Part shown: piece after piece, positions 38,941 through 49,375 of the stretch | Layout: every line of letters begins with the position of its first letter | How positions within the stretch are numbered: position 1 is the stretch's first letter | NCBI GenBank assembly: GCA_963806185.1 | Contig: CAWDXE010000003.1 | Location: 192,001-256,000, forward strand | Origin: an uncultured candidate division Zixibacteria bacterium | GTDB taxonomy: Bacteria > Zixibacteria > MSB-5A5 > GN15 > FEB-12 | Length of the DNA: 64,000 bases | Direction of reading: 5' to 3' | The notes under the pieces: generated by a model | What the model saw: only the letters and a program-made list of their open reading frames with translations | Told to the model about the DNA's origin: nothing | The model's database searches: none | Translations under genes and position numbers: made by a program

Positions 38941-41886
38941 TCAATTGACCGTGTCACGGTCAAGATGATCCAAATCGATATTGTACTGCTTGATCTTCAG
39001 ACGGAGCGTCGACTCCGGAATATTGAGCAGCGCCGCCGCATGCTTCTTGACACCACCGCGATCCTTGAGCGCGCGCAGGATAAACCGCTTTTCATGCTCA
39101 GCGAGAAAATCGTAGAGCGAATAGATGCCGTCAAAATTCGGATCGTGATCGAGCGTCGCCGCGGGCGTGATCGATGGCAAGTCGACAAACGTCTTATTGC
39201 CGGAAATCTTGGACGACAATACGTCGAGTTCCACCTGCTGGCTGTCGCCGGCAAGCAGGATGATCTTCTTGACTTCGTTTTCCAGTTCGCGGATGTTGCC
39301 CGGCCAATCGTAGGAAATCAGTGAGCGCATGACGTCAGATGAAACCCGCTTGCCGCTCTCTTCAAGGAAATGATTCACCAGGAGCGGAATATCTTCACGG
39401 CGTTCGCGCAGCGGCGGCAGACGGAAGGGCAGCGCCGACAAGCGATAGTATAGATCCTGACGGAAGCGGCCGGCGGCCATTTCCTCTTTCAAATCTTTAT
39501 TGGTAGCCGACAGCACGCGGACGTCGACCTTGCGCGGCACCGACTCGCCCAGACGGACGATTTCTTTGGCCTCGAGCACGCGCAGAATTTTTGCCTGGAT
39601 CGCCAGCGGCATGTCGGCTATCTCATCAAGGAAGAACGTGCCACCATCAGCTTCTTCGAACAGGCCCGGTTTGTCGCGGTCGGCGCCGGTGAAGGTACCC
39701 TTGCGGTAGCCGAAGAGCTCTGATTCGAGAAGGGTTTCCGGGAGCGCCGCGCAGTTTACCGAGATGAATCGTTTGTCGCGGCGTCGCGAATTGTAGTGAA
39801 TGGCCTGAGCCAGGAGGTCTTTGCCGGAGCCGGTCTCGCCCTCGATCGTAATCGAAATACTCGAGTCCACTACCTGGCGGAGCTGCGCGAGAAGTTCGCG
39901 CATCTGGCCGTTTTGCGTGATGATATTCGGGAAGGCGGTCTGCTCGCGCAATTGCGCGCGGAGACGGCGATTGTCTTCAAGCAGCTTCTGCTTCTGCATC
40001 TCCGCCGCCTTGAAGGCGATGATGTCAGAGAAGCCGACCGCGAAATTGAGTTCAGTCTGACTGAACGGGTTCAGCATGTTGTCGATCGACAGCTTGTCGA
40101 GATAGAGGAAGCTGGTCGTATCGTCGCTCATTTTCACCGGCACGACGATGACGCTGGCGATAACGTCGGGCAGGTGCGGGAACAGTTCGTTGATATACGG
40201 ATCGCGGCGGCAATCCAGAAGGAGTGTCGGGCGGGTGGTCGAGATTTCCTGGCCGACCATGCGCTGAAGACCTTCAAGGAAGCGCCGTTGCTGGGGCTGA
40301 TCGAGCGGGATCGACGACACCAACTGGGTGTCCGCAATGTCCGGGCTGTATAAGACCACCCGGGCGGCGCCGGTGCGACGAGTCAACAGGGCGATGACAT
40401 CATCCATCTGGCCCGACTTGACATCTTTCATTTCCGACTGCGTGACCAGATTGGAGAGCAGTTTGAATTCGTTTGTTTCGGAGATCGACAGGGCAACGGC
40501 TTGTTCGGCAATGGTGGAGAGAAGTTGATTCACGCCTCGCACCTTGCCGGTTTCGTTGAGAACGGCGAACACCTTCTCGGCCCGGCTCAGTTTTCTGAAA
40601 CCGCGGGACAAATCGCCGTGCTGGCAGGCAAACATACCGGAGCGGAATTCGGTCTCCGCAATCCAGTAATCCAGTCCGAGTTTCTTGAACAGGCGCCCAG
40701 CCTCGTCGTAGGTCGTGCGTATCTTGTCGATCTCATCGGAGTTGGCGGCGACTTTCACTTCGGCCTGTATGAGGAGCGTGCGCGCCAGATCAGCCGGATC
40801 GCCGGATTCGCGCACCAACTCGACTGCCTGGTACATGTACTCAAGCGCCTCGTCGAACTGCGAGCGCAGGGCAAAGACGCGGGCAATGACGCGCTTGGCA
40901 AGTCCCACCTCACTGCGTTCACCAACCTGCAGGGCCACCTCAAGTGCGATCTGGCCGTACTTCATGGCCTCGTCGACCCGGTCAAGGGCCAGCTCAACTT
41001 CGGCGAGTCGGCGACCGGATTGAGAAACGAGAGCTGATGACGGGGCCAGCATACGGCCCTGGGTGTAGGCATCGGTGAAAATTGACTTAGCCTTGAAGAG
41101 ATCGCCGCGTTCAAAGGCCAGTTCGCCGAGATATTCAAGACAGATAATCTTTTCGCGCTTGAGTCCGAGTTTGTCGATCAGTGCACCGGCCTGTGCGAAG
41201 TGTCTCTCGGCGGTCGTGAAATCACGACGGCGAACACAGAGGTAGCCGATGGACAGCAAGTTCAGCGTCAGGGATATCGGTTCGTTGACCTTGCTGAAAT
41301 AGGCCAGAGCGGCCTGCAGATCCTTTTCGGCCTGCTGCCACTGCCCGCTCAGAATGCGGATACGGGCGAGGTTACCGGTGAGCTGTGCCTGCTTGCGGGG
41401 ATTGTCGGTCGCCAACGCGAGGGCATCGTCGAGGAACGACGCCGCAGCGTCCAACCGCGACCGGATGAATGCCGCGCCGGCCAGTTCGTTGAGAGCATCA
41501 ATTTGACCATTGGCGTCATTAGCGCGGCGGTACGAGGCCAGCGAATCATGCGCCCGTACGTCGCAATTCTTCAGATCACCCAATGCGTTGTAGGTCTTGG
41601 CAAGCACCAGAAGGATACGGCCAAAGCTGCGATGAAGCGGAGAATCAGCTAGGATCTTGGCCGCGGCGAGCCCCTGGTCGATGGCGAGGCGGTAGTTACC
41701 CTGGAAGAAAGCATCATCGGCTTTCAGGGCGAGATAAAGACCACGCTCGTGCTCGTTATCAACGAACATCGATTCGTCCAGCGTCGCCAACTCGGCGTGA
41801 GCCGCGTCCATACGGCGCTGTCGCACCTGTTCCTCGATTGCGAGCAACCGGTGGTCTATCAGAAGCTTGTGTGAGGAATCGTACAT
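38941..41886 (-). CDS. Sigma54-dependent enhancer-binding protein with an N-terminal TPR array and GAF-like domain
   Basis: About 470 aa of TPR-like helices; GETGSGKD, NCAALPETLLESELFG, GTFTGA, FFLDEI, FRQDLYYRL, WPGNIRELEN; C-terminal HTH. GAGG RBS before ATG 41886. Confidence 0.92.
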   Translation of the reverse strand: MYDSSHKLLIDHRLLAIEEQVRQRRMDAAHAELATLDESMFVDNEHERGLYLALKADDAFFQGNYRLAIDQGLAAAKILADSPLHRSFGRILLVLAKTYNALGDLKNCDVRAHDSLASYRRANDANGQIDALNELAGAAFIRSRLDAAASFLDDALALATDNPRKQAQLTGNLARIRILSGQWQQAEKDLQAALAYFSKVNEPISLTLNLLSIGYLCVRRRDFTTAERHFAQAGALIDKLGLKREKIICLEYLGELAFERGDLFKAKSIFTDAYTQGRMLAPSSALVSQSGRRLAEVELALDRVDEAMKYGQIALEVALQVGERSEVGLAKRVIARVFALRSQFDEALEYMYQAVELVRESGDPADLARTLLIQAEVKVAANSDEIDKIRTTYDEAGRLFKKLGLDYWIAETEFRSGMFACQHGDLSRGFRKLSRAEKVFAVLNETGKVRGVNQLLSTIAEQAVALSISETNEFKLLSNLVTQSEMKDVKSGQMDDVIALLTRRTGAARVVLYSPDIADTQLVSSIPLDQPQQRRFLEGLQRMVGQEISTTRPTLLLDCRRDPYINELFPHLPDVIASVIVVPVKMSDDTTSFLYLDKLSIDNMLNPFSQTELNFAVGFSDIIAFKAAEMQKQKLLEDNRRLRAQLREQTAFPNIITQNGQMRELLAQLRQVVDSSISITIEGETGSGKDLLAQAIHYNSRRRDKRFISVNCAALPETLLESELFGYRKGTFTGADRDKPGLFEEADGGTFFLDEIADMPLAIQAKILRVLEAKEIVRLGESVPRKVDVRVLSATNKDLKEEMAAGRFRQDLYYRLSALPFRLPPLRERREDIPLLVNHFLEESGKRVSSDVMRSLISYDWPGNIRELENEVKKIILLAGDSQQVELDVLSSKISGNKTFVDLPSITPAATLDHDPNFDGIYSLYDFLAEHEKRFILRALKDRGGVKKHAAALLNIPESTLRLKIKQYNIDLDHLDRDTVN

Positions 41887-41943
41887 AGCCTCTTGCTTTT
41901 GATGACGGCTCACTTGCCGTCACGGTTTACCTCACGCGGACAC

Positions 41944-42291
41944 TTATCGGCTCCGCCTGCTCATCTCTCCGCTACTCCCCTTGGTGTCGATTCCCTGATT
42001 GCGCGCAGCCGTCTGCTGATGCATGGCGAAATACAGCGACACTCTCGCCACAACACTGTAAAACGAGCCGAAACCAGAGTGGGTCGTCGAGGGCGCGATA
42101 CCGGCCGTGCCGCCGTCGTATCTCACCCGCAAAGAATCAGTCGGGTTGACAGGACTGTTTCCACCGCCACCGCCGCCACCCGTGCGATCCACATCCCAGG
42201 GATGTTCACCCGACAACACCGGGGTCGAGAGAAAGCAGGACACTCCAAGCAGCAATAGCACAAGTACTGCCGTTAGAAGTCTGCTTTTCAT
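41944..42291 (-). CDS. Small secreted protein/propeptide (115 aa) with a GEHPWD motif right after the signal peptide
   Basis: AGGAGG RBS; MKSRLLTAVLVLLLLGVSCFLSTPVLS|GEHPWDVDRT-G7. Confidence 0.75.
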   Translation of the reverse strand: MKSRLLTAVLVLLLLGVSCFLSTPVLSGEHPWDVDRTGGGGGGGNSPVNPTDSLRVRYDGGTAGIAPSTTHSGFGSFYSVVARVSLYFAMHQQTAARNQGIDTKGSSGEMSRRSR

Positions 42292-42414
42292 CTGCTTTCC
42301 TCCTACTATGACTCTCATAGCTATAAACGCTGACCAATAATTTTCAGAGATATTGCTTCGTCGCCCGCGAGCTGGGTGAGGGGCTAGTTTGCGAGCGCAC
42401 ATTCTGCTACTGCC

Positions 42415-42443
42415 AAACTAACATTACGCCAGTATGCTGTCAA
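42415..42443 (-). promoter_or_regulatory. Sigma70-type promoter for the peptide-activator pair
   Basis: TTGACA-N17-TAGTTT with an extended -10 TG. Confidence 0.6.
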
Positions 42444-42493
42444 GTAATATCTTACAGGGGCGCAAAGATTGCGTCGAGACCCACGTATTAGAC

Positions 42494-43780
42494 TTAAACG
42501 CCTGTCGGTCGGCCAGCTCCCTTTTTCCGGACTCTAACCATCTTGATTCGTTGCCCGTCGACCTGGGCGATCTCAAACTCGAGGTTATGCCACTCAACCT
42601 TCAGGCCCTGAGTAGGAACCGAGCCAACCAAATGGTAGATCAGGCCCCCCACCGTGTCGTAATCCCCCTGATCGTGATCGGTGTCGAGATAGTCCTGGAG
42701 GTCCTCAACCAACAGAGAACTATCCACTTGAAACCGGCCGTCCGGAAGCCGTACAAAGCTGGACTCTTCGGCGTCGTGCTCGTCTTGAATCTCGCCGACG
42801 ATTTCCTCAAGCACGTCCTCAAGGGTCACCAACCCGGCTACCCCTCCGTATTCATCAACGACAATGGCCAGATGGCGCCGCCGGGTGCGGAATTCGCGAA
42901 GCAGGTCGCCGATCACTTTTGAATCGGGCACGAAGACCGCACGGTGCAGGTAGCGGCCGATGACAAACTCCTCCCCGGGTTGCGGCATTTTCATGAAGAG
43001 ATCTTTGACATACAGCACGCCGACGATTTTATCGATGGTTCCATCGTACACCGGATATCGAGAATGCCCGTCTTCCTCTACGAGTTTGCGGATTTGAGCA
43101 AAAGACCAGGTCCGTTCGATTCCCACAATGTCAATACGCGGAACCATGATCTCCCGAACCACGGTCTGGTCGAGCAGGAAGATCGAGCCGATCATCTGTT
43201 TCTCGTCGTCTTCGACAATATCATCCGCATATCCCGCCTGATCGGCCAGCGTTTCAATCGCCCGTTCTACGATGTCCTCTTTTTCTTCTTCGGTCACGGT
43301 GTGGGAGGGTGAGACTCGGCGCAGGGCATTGCGGTAGGTGCGAACGATCGGACCGAAGAGAAACTGCACCAGGGCGATGAGCCAGAGAAACGACAGCATG
43401 CGCGGCTTGATGGCATTTCGTGACGATAATCGGGGCAGGTACTCGACGATGACGACAAACATCAACCAGGCAAGCAACAGACCCTCGACTGAAAAATACC
43501 AGAAACTGATCTGGAGGGCATCGGCCCACGATCTCATCAGAACTATGGCCGTGTACGTAATGACCATCAGGGAAAACGCCTTGTATACCGAAGCGATTTC
43601 CACGAATTCGAGCGGATCCTCAGACAATCTTCGAAGCCGAGCACGCTTGCGGCCGGAGACGCCGGGATACAAGCTCTCAACCTCTTCCGGGTCCAGATAG
43701 ATGGCCACCGAATAAAGGGACACGAAGTATGCGGTGATGTATCCTGCCACCAGGATGACCGCGGCAATGAGATCGCTCAC
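42494..43780 (-). CDS. HlyC/CorC family CBS-domain membrane protein
   Basis: TM N-terminus, [43 protein letters not shown], CorC domain. Confidence 0.92.
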   Translation of the reverse strand: MSDLIAAVILVAGYITAYFVSLYSVAIYLDPEEVESLYPGVSGRKRARLRRLSEDPLEFVEIASVYKAFSLMVITYTAIVLMRSWADALQISFWYFSVEGLLLAWLMFVVIVEYLPRLSSRNAIKPRMLSFLWLIALVQFLFGPIVRTYRNALRRVSPSHTVTEEEKEDIVERAIETLADQAGYADDIVEDDEKQMIGSIFLLDQTVVREIMVPRIDIVGIERTWSFAQIRKLVEEDGHSRYPVYDGTIDKIVGVLYVKDLFMKMPQPGEEFVIGRYLHRAVFVPDSKVIGDLLREFRTRRRHLAIVVDEYGGVAGLVTLEDVLEEIVGEIQDEHDAEESSFVRLPDGRFQVDSSLLVEDLQDYLDTDHDQGDYDTVGGLIYHLVGSVPTQGLKVEWHNLEFEIAQVDGQRIKMVRVRKKGAGRPTGV

Positions 43781-44217
43781 AAGGGCACCTCGTCGACTAC
43801 CTGCATGAGAAAATGCGCTTCTCGAACCTTCATCCGCTGTTCATCGCTGGGTTTTATGTGGTCGTAGCCGAACAGGTGAAGCAGGCCGTGGCAGAAGAGG
43901 CGGAGATATTCGTCGTTCAGATTACCTCCGTACCCTTTGGCCTGGCGCCGCGCAGTGTGCGTTGATATGTATATTTCACCAAAAGTGCTGTCGTCGGTCA
44001 ACGGGTGATCAATGTTGAAGGACAAAACGTCGGTCGGACGATTCATTTGTCGGTACTGCTTGTTGAGCGCCTGCATCCGGCGATCCGACACGAAGACGAG
44101 ATTGACACGCCCTTCCCAGTCCGGCCGGGCCTCCTCGGCGACAATCAAATGAAACAGCTGTTTGATTCGCTTCAGCGGCAGTCGATCCTGCGTATATCGG
44201 TGTATTTCAAGTTTCAT
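43777..44217 (-). CDS. ybeY: rRNA maturation endoribonuclease YbeY
   Basis: LNKQYR...PTDVLSF, GEIYIS, HGLLHLFGYDH; ATGA overlap at 44214-44217. Confidence 0.93.
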   Translation of the reverse strand: MKLEIHRYTQDRLPLKRIKQLFHLIVAEEARPDWEGRVNLVFVSDRRMQALNKQYRQMNRPTDVLSFNIDHPLTDDSTFGEIYISTHTARRQAKGYGGNLNDEYLRLFCHGLLHLFGYDHIKPSDEQRMKVREAHFLMQVVDEVPL

Positions 44218-46466
44218 CGTTCGTCCGCTTTCTCGCGACGGGGGTAGGCGACCCGTTGATGGAACGCGGCGATCAGCACCTGGGCAAACGCTTCCTTGAT
44301 TTTGGCCAGGTCGCGGAGTGTCAGCGGGCATTCGTCCAGTTCGCCCGACTTGAAGCGGTCGTCGATAATCCGTTGGATAAGCGAATCTATCCGGGCCGGC
44401 TTGGGATCGTCAAGCGTCCGGCTGGCGGCTTCGACGGCGTCGGCCAGCATGGCGATACCGGTCTCTCGCGTCTGAGGGCGAGGGCCGGGATAGCGGAATT
44501 TGTCAATCGGTACATTGTCGTGGCCCTGCTCAACCGCCTTGTTGTAGAAGTAGGTCATGACCATCGTGCCGTGGTGTTCCTCGATGAAATTGAGGACGTC
44601 ATCGGGAATATTGGCCTCTTCGCCGAGCAGACGCCCCTTTTTGACATGCGACGACAGAATGAGGGCCGACATGGACGGTGACAGTGCCTCGTGACGCGAC
44701 TTCACCCCCAGCTGGTTCTCAATGAAATACTCCGGGATCTCAATCTTGCCGATGTCGTGGTAGTATGCGCCGACGCGTGCGAGGAGTGCGTTGGCGGAGA
44801 TCGCCTTGGCCGCCGATTCGCACAGGTTACCGACGATGATGGAATGATGATAGGTACCCGGCGCCTCGATCGCAAGCCGCTTGAGCAATGGTTGATTCAA
44901 GTCGGAGAGTTCAAGTAACGTGGTATCTGTCGTGATGCCGAAGAGTGATTCGAACACTGGCAGAAAGGCCATCACCAGCACGATTGATACGCCGCTGGAA
45001 ATCACGGCGGCCAGCATTTCGCCGACGATATCCTCCCCGGGAGTCAACTTGAGATTCTCGACGATCATCGCCAATCCAACGGACGATACCGCCACCAGCA
45101 GCAGAATGCGGTAGAAATGCGAGCGGCGGCGGACCACGCGGGAAGAAAAACAGGCAATGATGCCGACCACGAGCGTCACCAACACCACGGTAAAGGAAAA
45201 ACGACTCAACACCCCAAGCAGAATCGCGAGTATAAACGTGGCCAGGATGCCGATTTGGGCGTCGAAAAGAATGGTGATCATAATCGGCAGAACGGCAATC
45301 GGGTAAAGGTAGACCGATCCCAGGTCGAAATGATCCACGAGCCAGACCAGAACCAGTTGCACGCCGAACACCAGCAGAATGGCAAACAGCTTGGGATTTG
45401 ACAAAAAGATCTCTCTCCGAAAATAGAAGAGAAAGAGGTACAGCGTGATGAATAGCGCCAGGACGAGGAATACCCGCGCTACCGCCGGAAGGCTGGCCAC
45501 CAGCCACCCCCGTTCGGCGGCGTCGGAACGGAGAATACGCGACAGCTCCTGCAATACGCGATCTTCTCGTTCGTCAACGCGTTGACGCGCCGAGACAATC
45601 AGGTCGCCCTTGTTTACCACCTCCTGGACATTGGAAATGTCAGACGTTTCGGTCGCAATCCGCCGATTGTACTCCGGCATGTTGAGCCAGAGATTCGGCT
45701 GAATGAAGCTACGCCCCAGCAGGTAATAATACTCAACGTCGAGCGGATTGACCGCCGCCATTCGATTGAGCACCGTCAGCAACCGGGCATTGGCCAGAGG
45801 GATATCCTGCAACTTGGATCGCTGGTGCAGAGTCTCGCGTTCGCCGCGACGAATCACCACCATTTTGTTGCGTGACTCGGGGATGTCCGCCACCGCTTTG
45901 ATTACACCCAGATTGTAGATTTCGGTACGGTACAATTCAGCGAGACGATCGTGCACTTCCCGGATATCGCCCGGATAATTGAGAGATCGTGAAATGGCCG
46001 CCTGGCTCAGATACGGATAGCGAGCCGAGACGAGGGCCGGATAGTCGTCCATGCGATCGGATTTCGCCTTTGACCGAACTACCCGCAGCGAGTCGACCAG
46101 CGTGAAATACGTTTTGAGCGACGTGTACACGCTCTGCGTGATAACCGTGTCGTCGTCCAGCACAAACGGCACGATGATCCGCGTCTCATCAACCTCGTCG
46201 CGCAATTCATGCTCGGTTTTCAGAACGGTTATCGAGAACGGAGCGATGATATCATTCGGGGCAATGGCGCCTTTGCGCGGCATATCGAGCGGATCGTACA
46301 GAGTGTCGCCGGGGTAAATGATGCCGACCGCCAGCGAGAAGATCACCAGCATGAGGGTGCGTATAATACGATGGCGGCGAGTCGATTCGTCGGGTTGGCG
46401 ACTCTCCGAGCGGACCTTGAAGAGCCGCTTGATCTGCCGTTTGAGTTGTAGTAGTAACGAATACAT
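44214..46466 (-). CDS. 7TM-HD (HDIG) phosphodiesterase, PgpH-like
   Basis: Extracellular domain, 7 TM, EAPGTYHHS, YYHDIGK, EHHGT, FRYPGP, MLADAVEAASR. Confidence 0.92.
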   Translation of the reverse strand: MYSLLLQLKRQIKRLFKVRSESRQPDESTRRHRIIRTLMLVIFSLAVGIIYPGDTLYDPLDMPRKGAIAPNDIIAPFSITVLKTEHELRDEVDETRIIVPFVLDDDTVITQSVYTSLKTYFTLVDSLRVVRSKAKSDRMDDYPALVSARYPYLSQAAISRSLNYPGDIREVHDRLAELYRTEIYNLGVIKAVADIPESRNKMVVIRRGERETLHQRSKLQDIPLANARLLTVLNRMAAVNPLDVEYYYLLGRSFIQPNLWLNMPEYNRRIATETSDISNVQEVVNKGDLIVSARQRVDEREDRVLQELSRILRSDAAERGWLVASLPAVARVFLVLALFITLYLFLFYFRREIFLSNPKLFAILLVFGVQLVLVWLVDHFDLGSVYLYPIAVLPIMITILFDAQIGILATFILAILLGVLSRFSFTVVLVTLVVGIIACFSSRVVRRRSHFYRILLLVAVSSVGLAMIVENLKLTPGEDIVGEMLAAVISSGVSIVLVMAFLPVFESLFGITTDTTLLELSDLNQPLLKRLAIEAPGTYHHSIIVGNLCESAAKAISANALLARVGAYYHDIGKIEIPEYFIENQLGVKSRHEALSPSMSALILSSHVKKGRLLGEEANIPDDVLNFIEEHHGTMVMTYFYNKAVEQGHDNVPIDKFRYPGPRPQTRETGIAMLADAVEAASRTLDDPKPARIDSLIQRIIDDRFKSGELDECPLTLRDLAKIKEAFAQVLIAAFHQRVAYPRREKADER

Positions 46467-46493
46467 ATGGCGCCCTTCCGTGGCGCATTCTAC

Positions 46494-47474
46494 CTACTCG
46501 TTATGGCGCGGGGCTTCGTACTTCTCGTACGCCTTGATGATGTCCTGGACCAGGTGATGCCGGATAACGTCCTTTTCCGTAAGATACATGAAGGCTATGC
46601 CGTCGATGCCGCGCAGGATTTTCTCGACTCGCAAGAGCCCCGAGCTGCGTCGATCGTCCAGGTCGATCTGCGTGACGTCGCCGGTGATGACTGCCTTTGA
46701 CTTCTCGCCAATGCGGGTGAGGAACATTTTCATCTGCGCATGCGACGTATTCTGGGCCTCATCGAGTACAACAAAAGCTTCATTGAGTGTTCGACCGCGC
46801 ATGAAGGCCAGAGGGGCGATCTCGATCGTGCCCATTTCCATCAGGCTGCGAATCTTGTCCGGTTGCAGCATGTCATACAGCGCGTCGTATACCGGCCGCA
46901 GATAGGGATCGACCTTGGCGCGAATATCGCCGGGCAGATAACCGAGATTCTCCCCCGCCTCGACTACGGGGCGGGTGAAGACGATTCGATTGACGCGTTT
47001 CGTTTTGAGCGCCGCGACGGCGGCGGCCACAGCAAGATACGTCTTCCCCGTGCCGGCCGGGCCGATTGAAAACACAATGTCGTGGGTGTCAATGAGCTCG
47101 ATGTACCTTGTCTGCCCGACGGTCTTCGGCTTGATCGTCTTTTTCAGAGCGCTGGTGAGCAGGGCTTCGGTGGAAATGCTCTCCGCCGGACCGAGTCCGT
47201 TCTCCTTGACCATGGCGATGGCGTAATTGAGATACTGATCGGTAATGAAGTCGCCCTGCCGTATGCGGGTCATCAGGTCGGCAAACAGCTTCACTACCTG
47301 ACTGACACGAAGCTGTTCCCCTTCGATAATAAGCTTGTCGCCCCGGGCGATAATGCGGGCGTCAAACTGCACTTCGATCGTCCGCAGGAAACTATCGTTG
47401 GCGCCGTACAGCAATCTAAGATCAATTCCCTCGACCGGGATAATCTGCTGGCGTACTTCGGAGCTTCCGTTCAT
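46494..47474 (-). CDS. phoH: PhoH family ATPase
   Basis: GPAGTGKTYLA, RPVVEAGE.LGYLPG, APLAFMRGRT, LDEAQN, GDVTQIDL. Confidence 0.93.
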   Translation of the reverse strand: MNGSSEVRQQIIPVEGIDLRLLYGANDSFLRTIEVQFDARIIARGDKLIIEGEQLRVSQVVKLFADLMTRIRQGDFITDQYLNYAIAMVKENGLGPAESISTEALLTSALKKTIKPKTVGQTRYIELIDTHDIVFSIGPAGTGKTYLAVAAAVAALKTKRVNRIVFTRPVVEAGENLGYLPGDIRAKVDPYLRPVYDALYDMLQPDKIRSLMEMGTIEIAPLAFMRGRTLNEAFVVLDEAQNTSHAQMKMFLTRIGEKSKAVITGDVTQIDLDDRRSSGLLRVEKILRGIDGIAFMYLTEKDVIRHHLVQDIIKAYEKYEAPRHNE

Positions 47475-47487
47475 ACCTCGTGCCTGC

Positions 47488-49314
47488 CTATTCCTTACCT
47501 TCGCGTATGTCCAATCCCAGTTCGTCGAGCTGATCCTGTTCGATAAACGACGGCGCGCTGTCCATCAGGCCGATAGCCTGGGCCGTCTTGGGGAATGCGA
47601 TCACGTCGCGTATCGATTCCGAGCCGGTCATAAGAGTGACCAGCCGATCCAATCCGAGAGCGACGCCGGCGTGGGGCGGGGCGCCGTACTCAAGCGCCCG
47701 CAATAAGAAGCCGAACATTCGGTCCGCGCGCTGGTTGTCGATGCCCAGAATCGCGAGGATTTTCTCCTGCAGATCGCGACGGTTGATGCGTTGGCCGCCA
47801 GAACCTATTTCCCAACCGTTGATCACAATATCATACTGCATGGCGCGCGCCTTGCGCCAGGGGTGATTGAGATCGGTGCCGGGCAGTCGGGAGTCAAGAC
47901 CCTCATCGATATAGTGCAGATCTTCCTCGACCGGATGCGACACGATGTTGTGCATGGCGTCGAAACGACCAGCCTCTTCGTTGAATTCAAACAACGGGAA
48001 CTGGGTCACCCAGAGCATCCGGTATTCGTCACGATTGACCAAATTGTGCTCACGTCCGAGCTGCAAGCGAAGCTGCCCGAGAATTGACTCGGCTTTGTAC
48101 GACATGCCGGAGATGATAAACAGGGCATCACCCTTTGCGGCGCCTGATGTCTCGCAGAGCTTGTTCTTCAGTTCCTCGCCGATGAACTTGGTAATGGTCG
48201 ACTTGTCTTCGGTCTCGGAACGGACCACATAGGCCAATCCCCCCGCGCCAAGCTCTTTCGCCTTGGCCGTAAGGTCATCCAGTTGCTTGCGCGAATAGGT
48301 GCCACCACCCTTGAGGACAATCCCCTTGACGACGCCACCGTTGCCGACCGTATCGGCAAAAACCTTGAAGCCACAGCCGCGCACCAGTTCGGTGAGATCG
48401 ACAATTTCCATTCCGAAGCGGAGATCGGGTTTGTCGATACCCCAGCGGTTCATCACCTCAGCATAGGTCAAACGAGGGAACGGCGTCTGCACGCTATAGC
48501 CAAGTACACCCTTGAATACGTGCGCCAGCATCCCTTCGACGACTGTCCAGACGTCTTCGGGCGTAACAAACGACATTTCGATGTCGATCTGCGTATGTTC
48601 CGGCTGGCGGTCAGCGCGTAGGTCCTCGTCACGCAGGCAGCGAGCCAACTGAAAGTACCTATCATACCCGGCCACCTGCAGAATTTGTTTGAGCAACTGC
48701 GGCGATTGCGGCAAGGCGTAGAACTTACCCTTGTGCACCCGGCTGGGGACGACGTAATCGCGGGCCCCTTCCGGAGTGGAGCGGATGAGCAGGGGAGTTT
48801 CGATTTCATAGAAACCGGCGTCGCTCAGGTGGTTTCGCACGGAAAGAGCCACTTCGTGGCGGAGCCGCAGATTTTCCTGAAGCGGCTTGCGGCGAAGGTC
48901 CAGATACCGGTATTCGAGTCGCAGGGTCTCGTTGGCCGAGGTTTTGTCGGTGATTTCAAACGGTGGGGTTTTCGATTCGGCCAGAATGTGAAATTCACTC
49001 GCCACCACTTCGATTTCACCGGTCACCATTCGTGTATTGATCGTGCCATCGGGTCGCTTACGCACGGTGCCGGCAGCGGCGACGACAAACTCCGATCGCG
49101 CGCGCTCCGCATCAGCGAGCATCGCTTTGTCGATGGTCTCCGGATTGATAACAACCTGAGTGATACCGTATCGGTCGCGAAGGTCCAAAAAGAGGAGTCC
49201 GCCCAGATTGCGATGGGAGTTAATCCATCCGTTTAAACGAACGGGCGTGCCTATATCCGAAGAGCGTAACTGCCCACAGGTGTGAGTGCGTTTAAGTTGT
49301 GAAAAATGCGGCAC
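47488..49314 (-). CDS. aspS: Aspartate--tRNA ligase
   Basis: RTHTCG, FLDLRDRYG, RYLDLR, STPEGARDY, ALPQSPQ, RDEDLRADRQPE, YGAPPH, IRDVIAFPK; likely GTG start at 49314. Confidence 0.97.
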   Translation of the reverse strand: MPHFSQLKRTHTCGQLRSSDIGTPVRLNGWINSHRNLGGLLFLDLRDRYGITQVVINPETIDKAMLADAERARSEFVVAAAGTVRKRPDGTINTRMVTGEIEVVASEFHILAESKTPPFEITDKTSANETLRLEYRYLDLRRKPLQENLRLRHEVALSVRNHLSDAGFYEIETPLLIRSTPEGARDYVVPSRVHKGKFYALPQSPQLLKQILQVAGYDRYFQLARCLRDEDLRADRQPEHTQIDIEMSFVTPEDVWTVVEGMLAHVFKGVLGYSVQTPFPRLTYAEVMNRWGIDKPDLRFGMEIVDLTELVRGCGFKVFADTVGNGGVVKGIVLKGGGTYSRKQLDDLTAKAKELGAGGLAYVVRSETEDKSTITKFIGEELKNKLCETSGAAKGDALFIISGMSYKAESILGQLRLQLGREHNLVNRDEYRMLWVTQFPLFEFNEEAGRFDAMHNIVSHPVEEDLHYIDEGLDSRLPGTDLNHPWRKARAMQYDIVINGWEIGSGGQRINRRDLQEKILAILGIDNQRADRMFGFLLRALEYGAPPHAGVALGLDRLVTLMTGSESIRDVIAFPKTAQAIGLMDSAPSFIEQDQLDELGLDIREGKE

Positions 49315-49348
49315 AGAAATCCCTTTTAAGTTACTGGCGTATAGTAAA

Positions 49349-49375
49349 TTATCGGTAAGCCCGAGCGAATATTGA
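49349..49375 (-). promoter_or_regulatory. Sigma28-like promoter upstream of aspS
   Basis: TCAA-N15-ACCGATAA. Confidence 0.45.

Noticed and set aside
42400..42435. Sigma54 -24/-12 promoter for the peptide gene
   Set aside because: TGGCGT and TGGCAG are not followed by GC at the required GG-N10-GC spacing; a sigma70 match fits better
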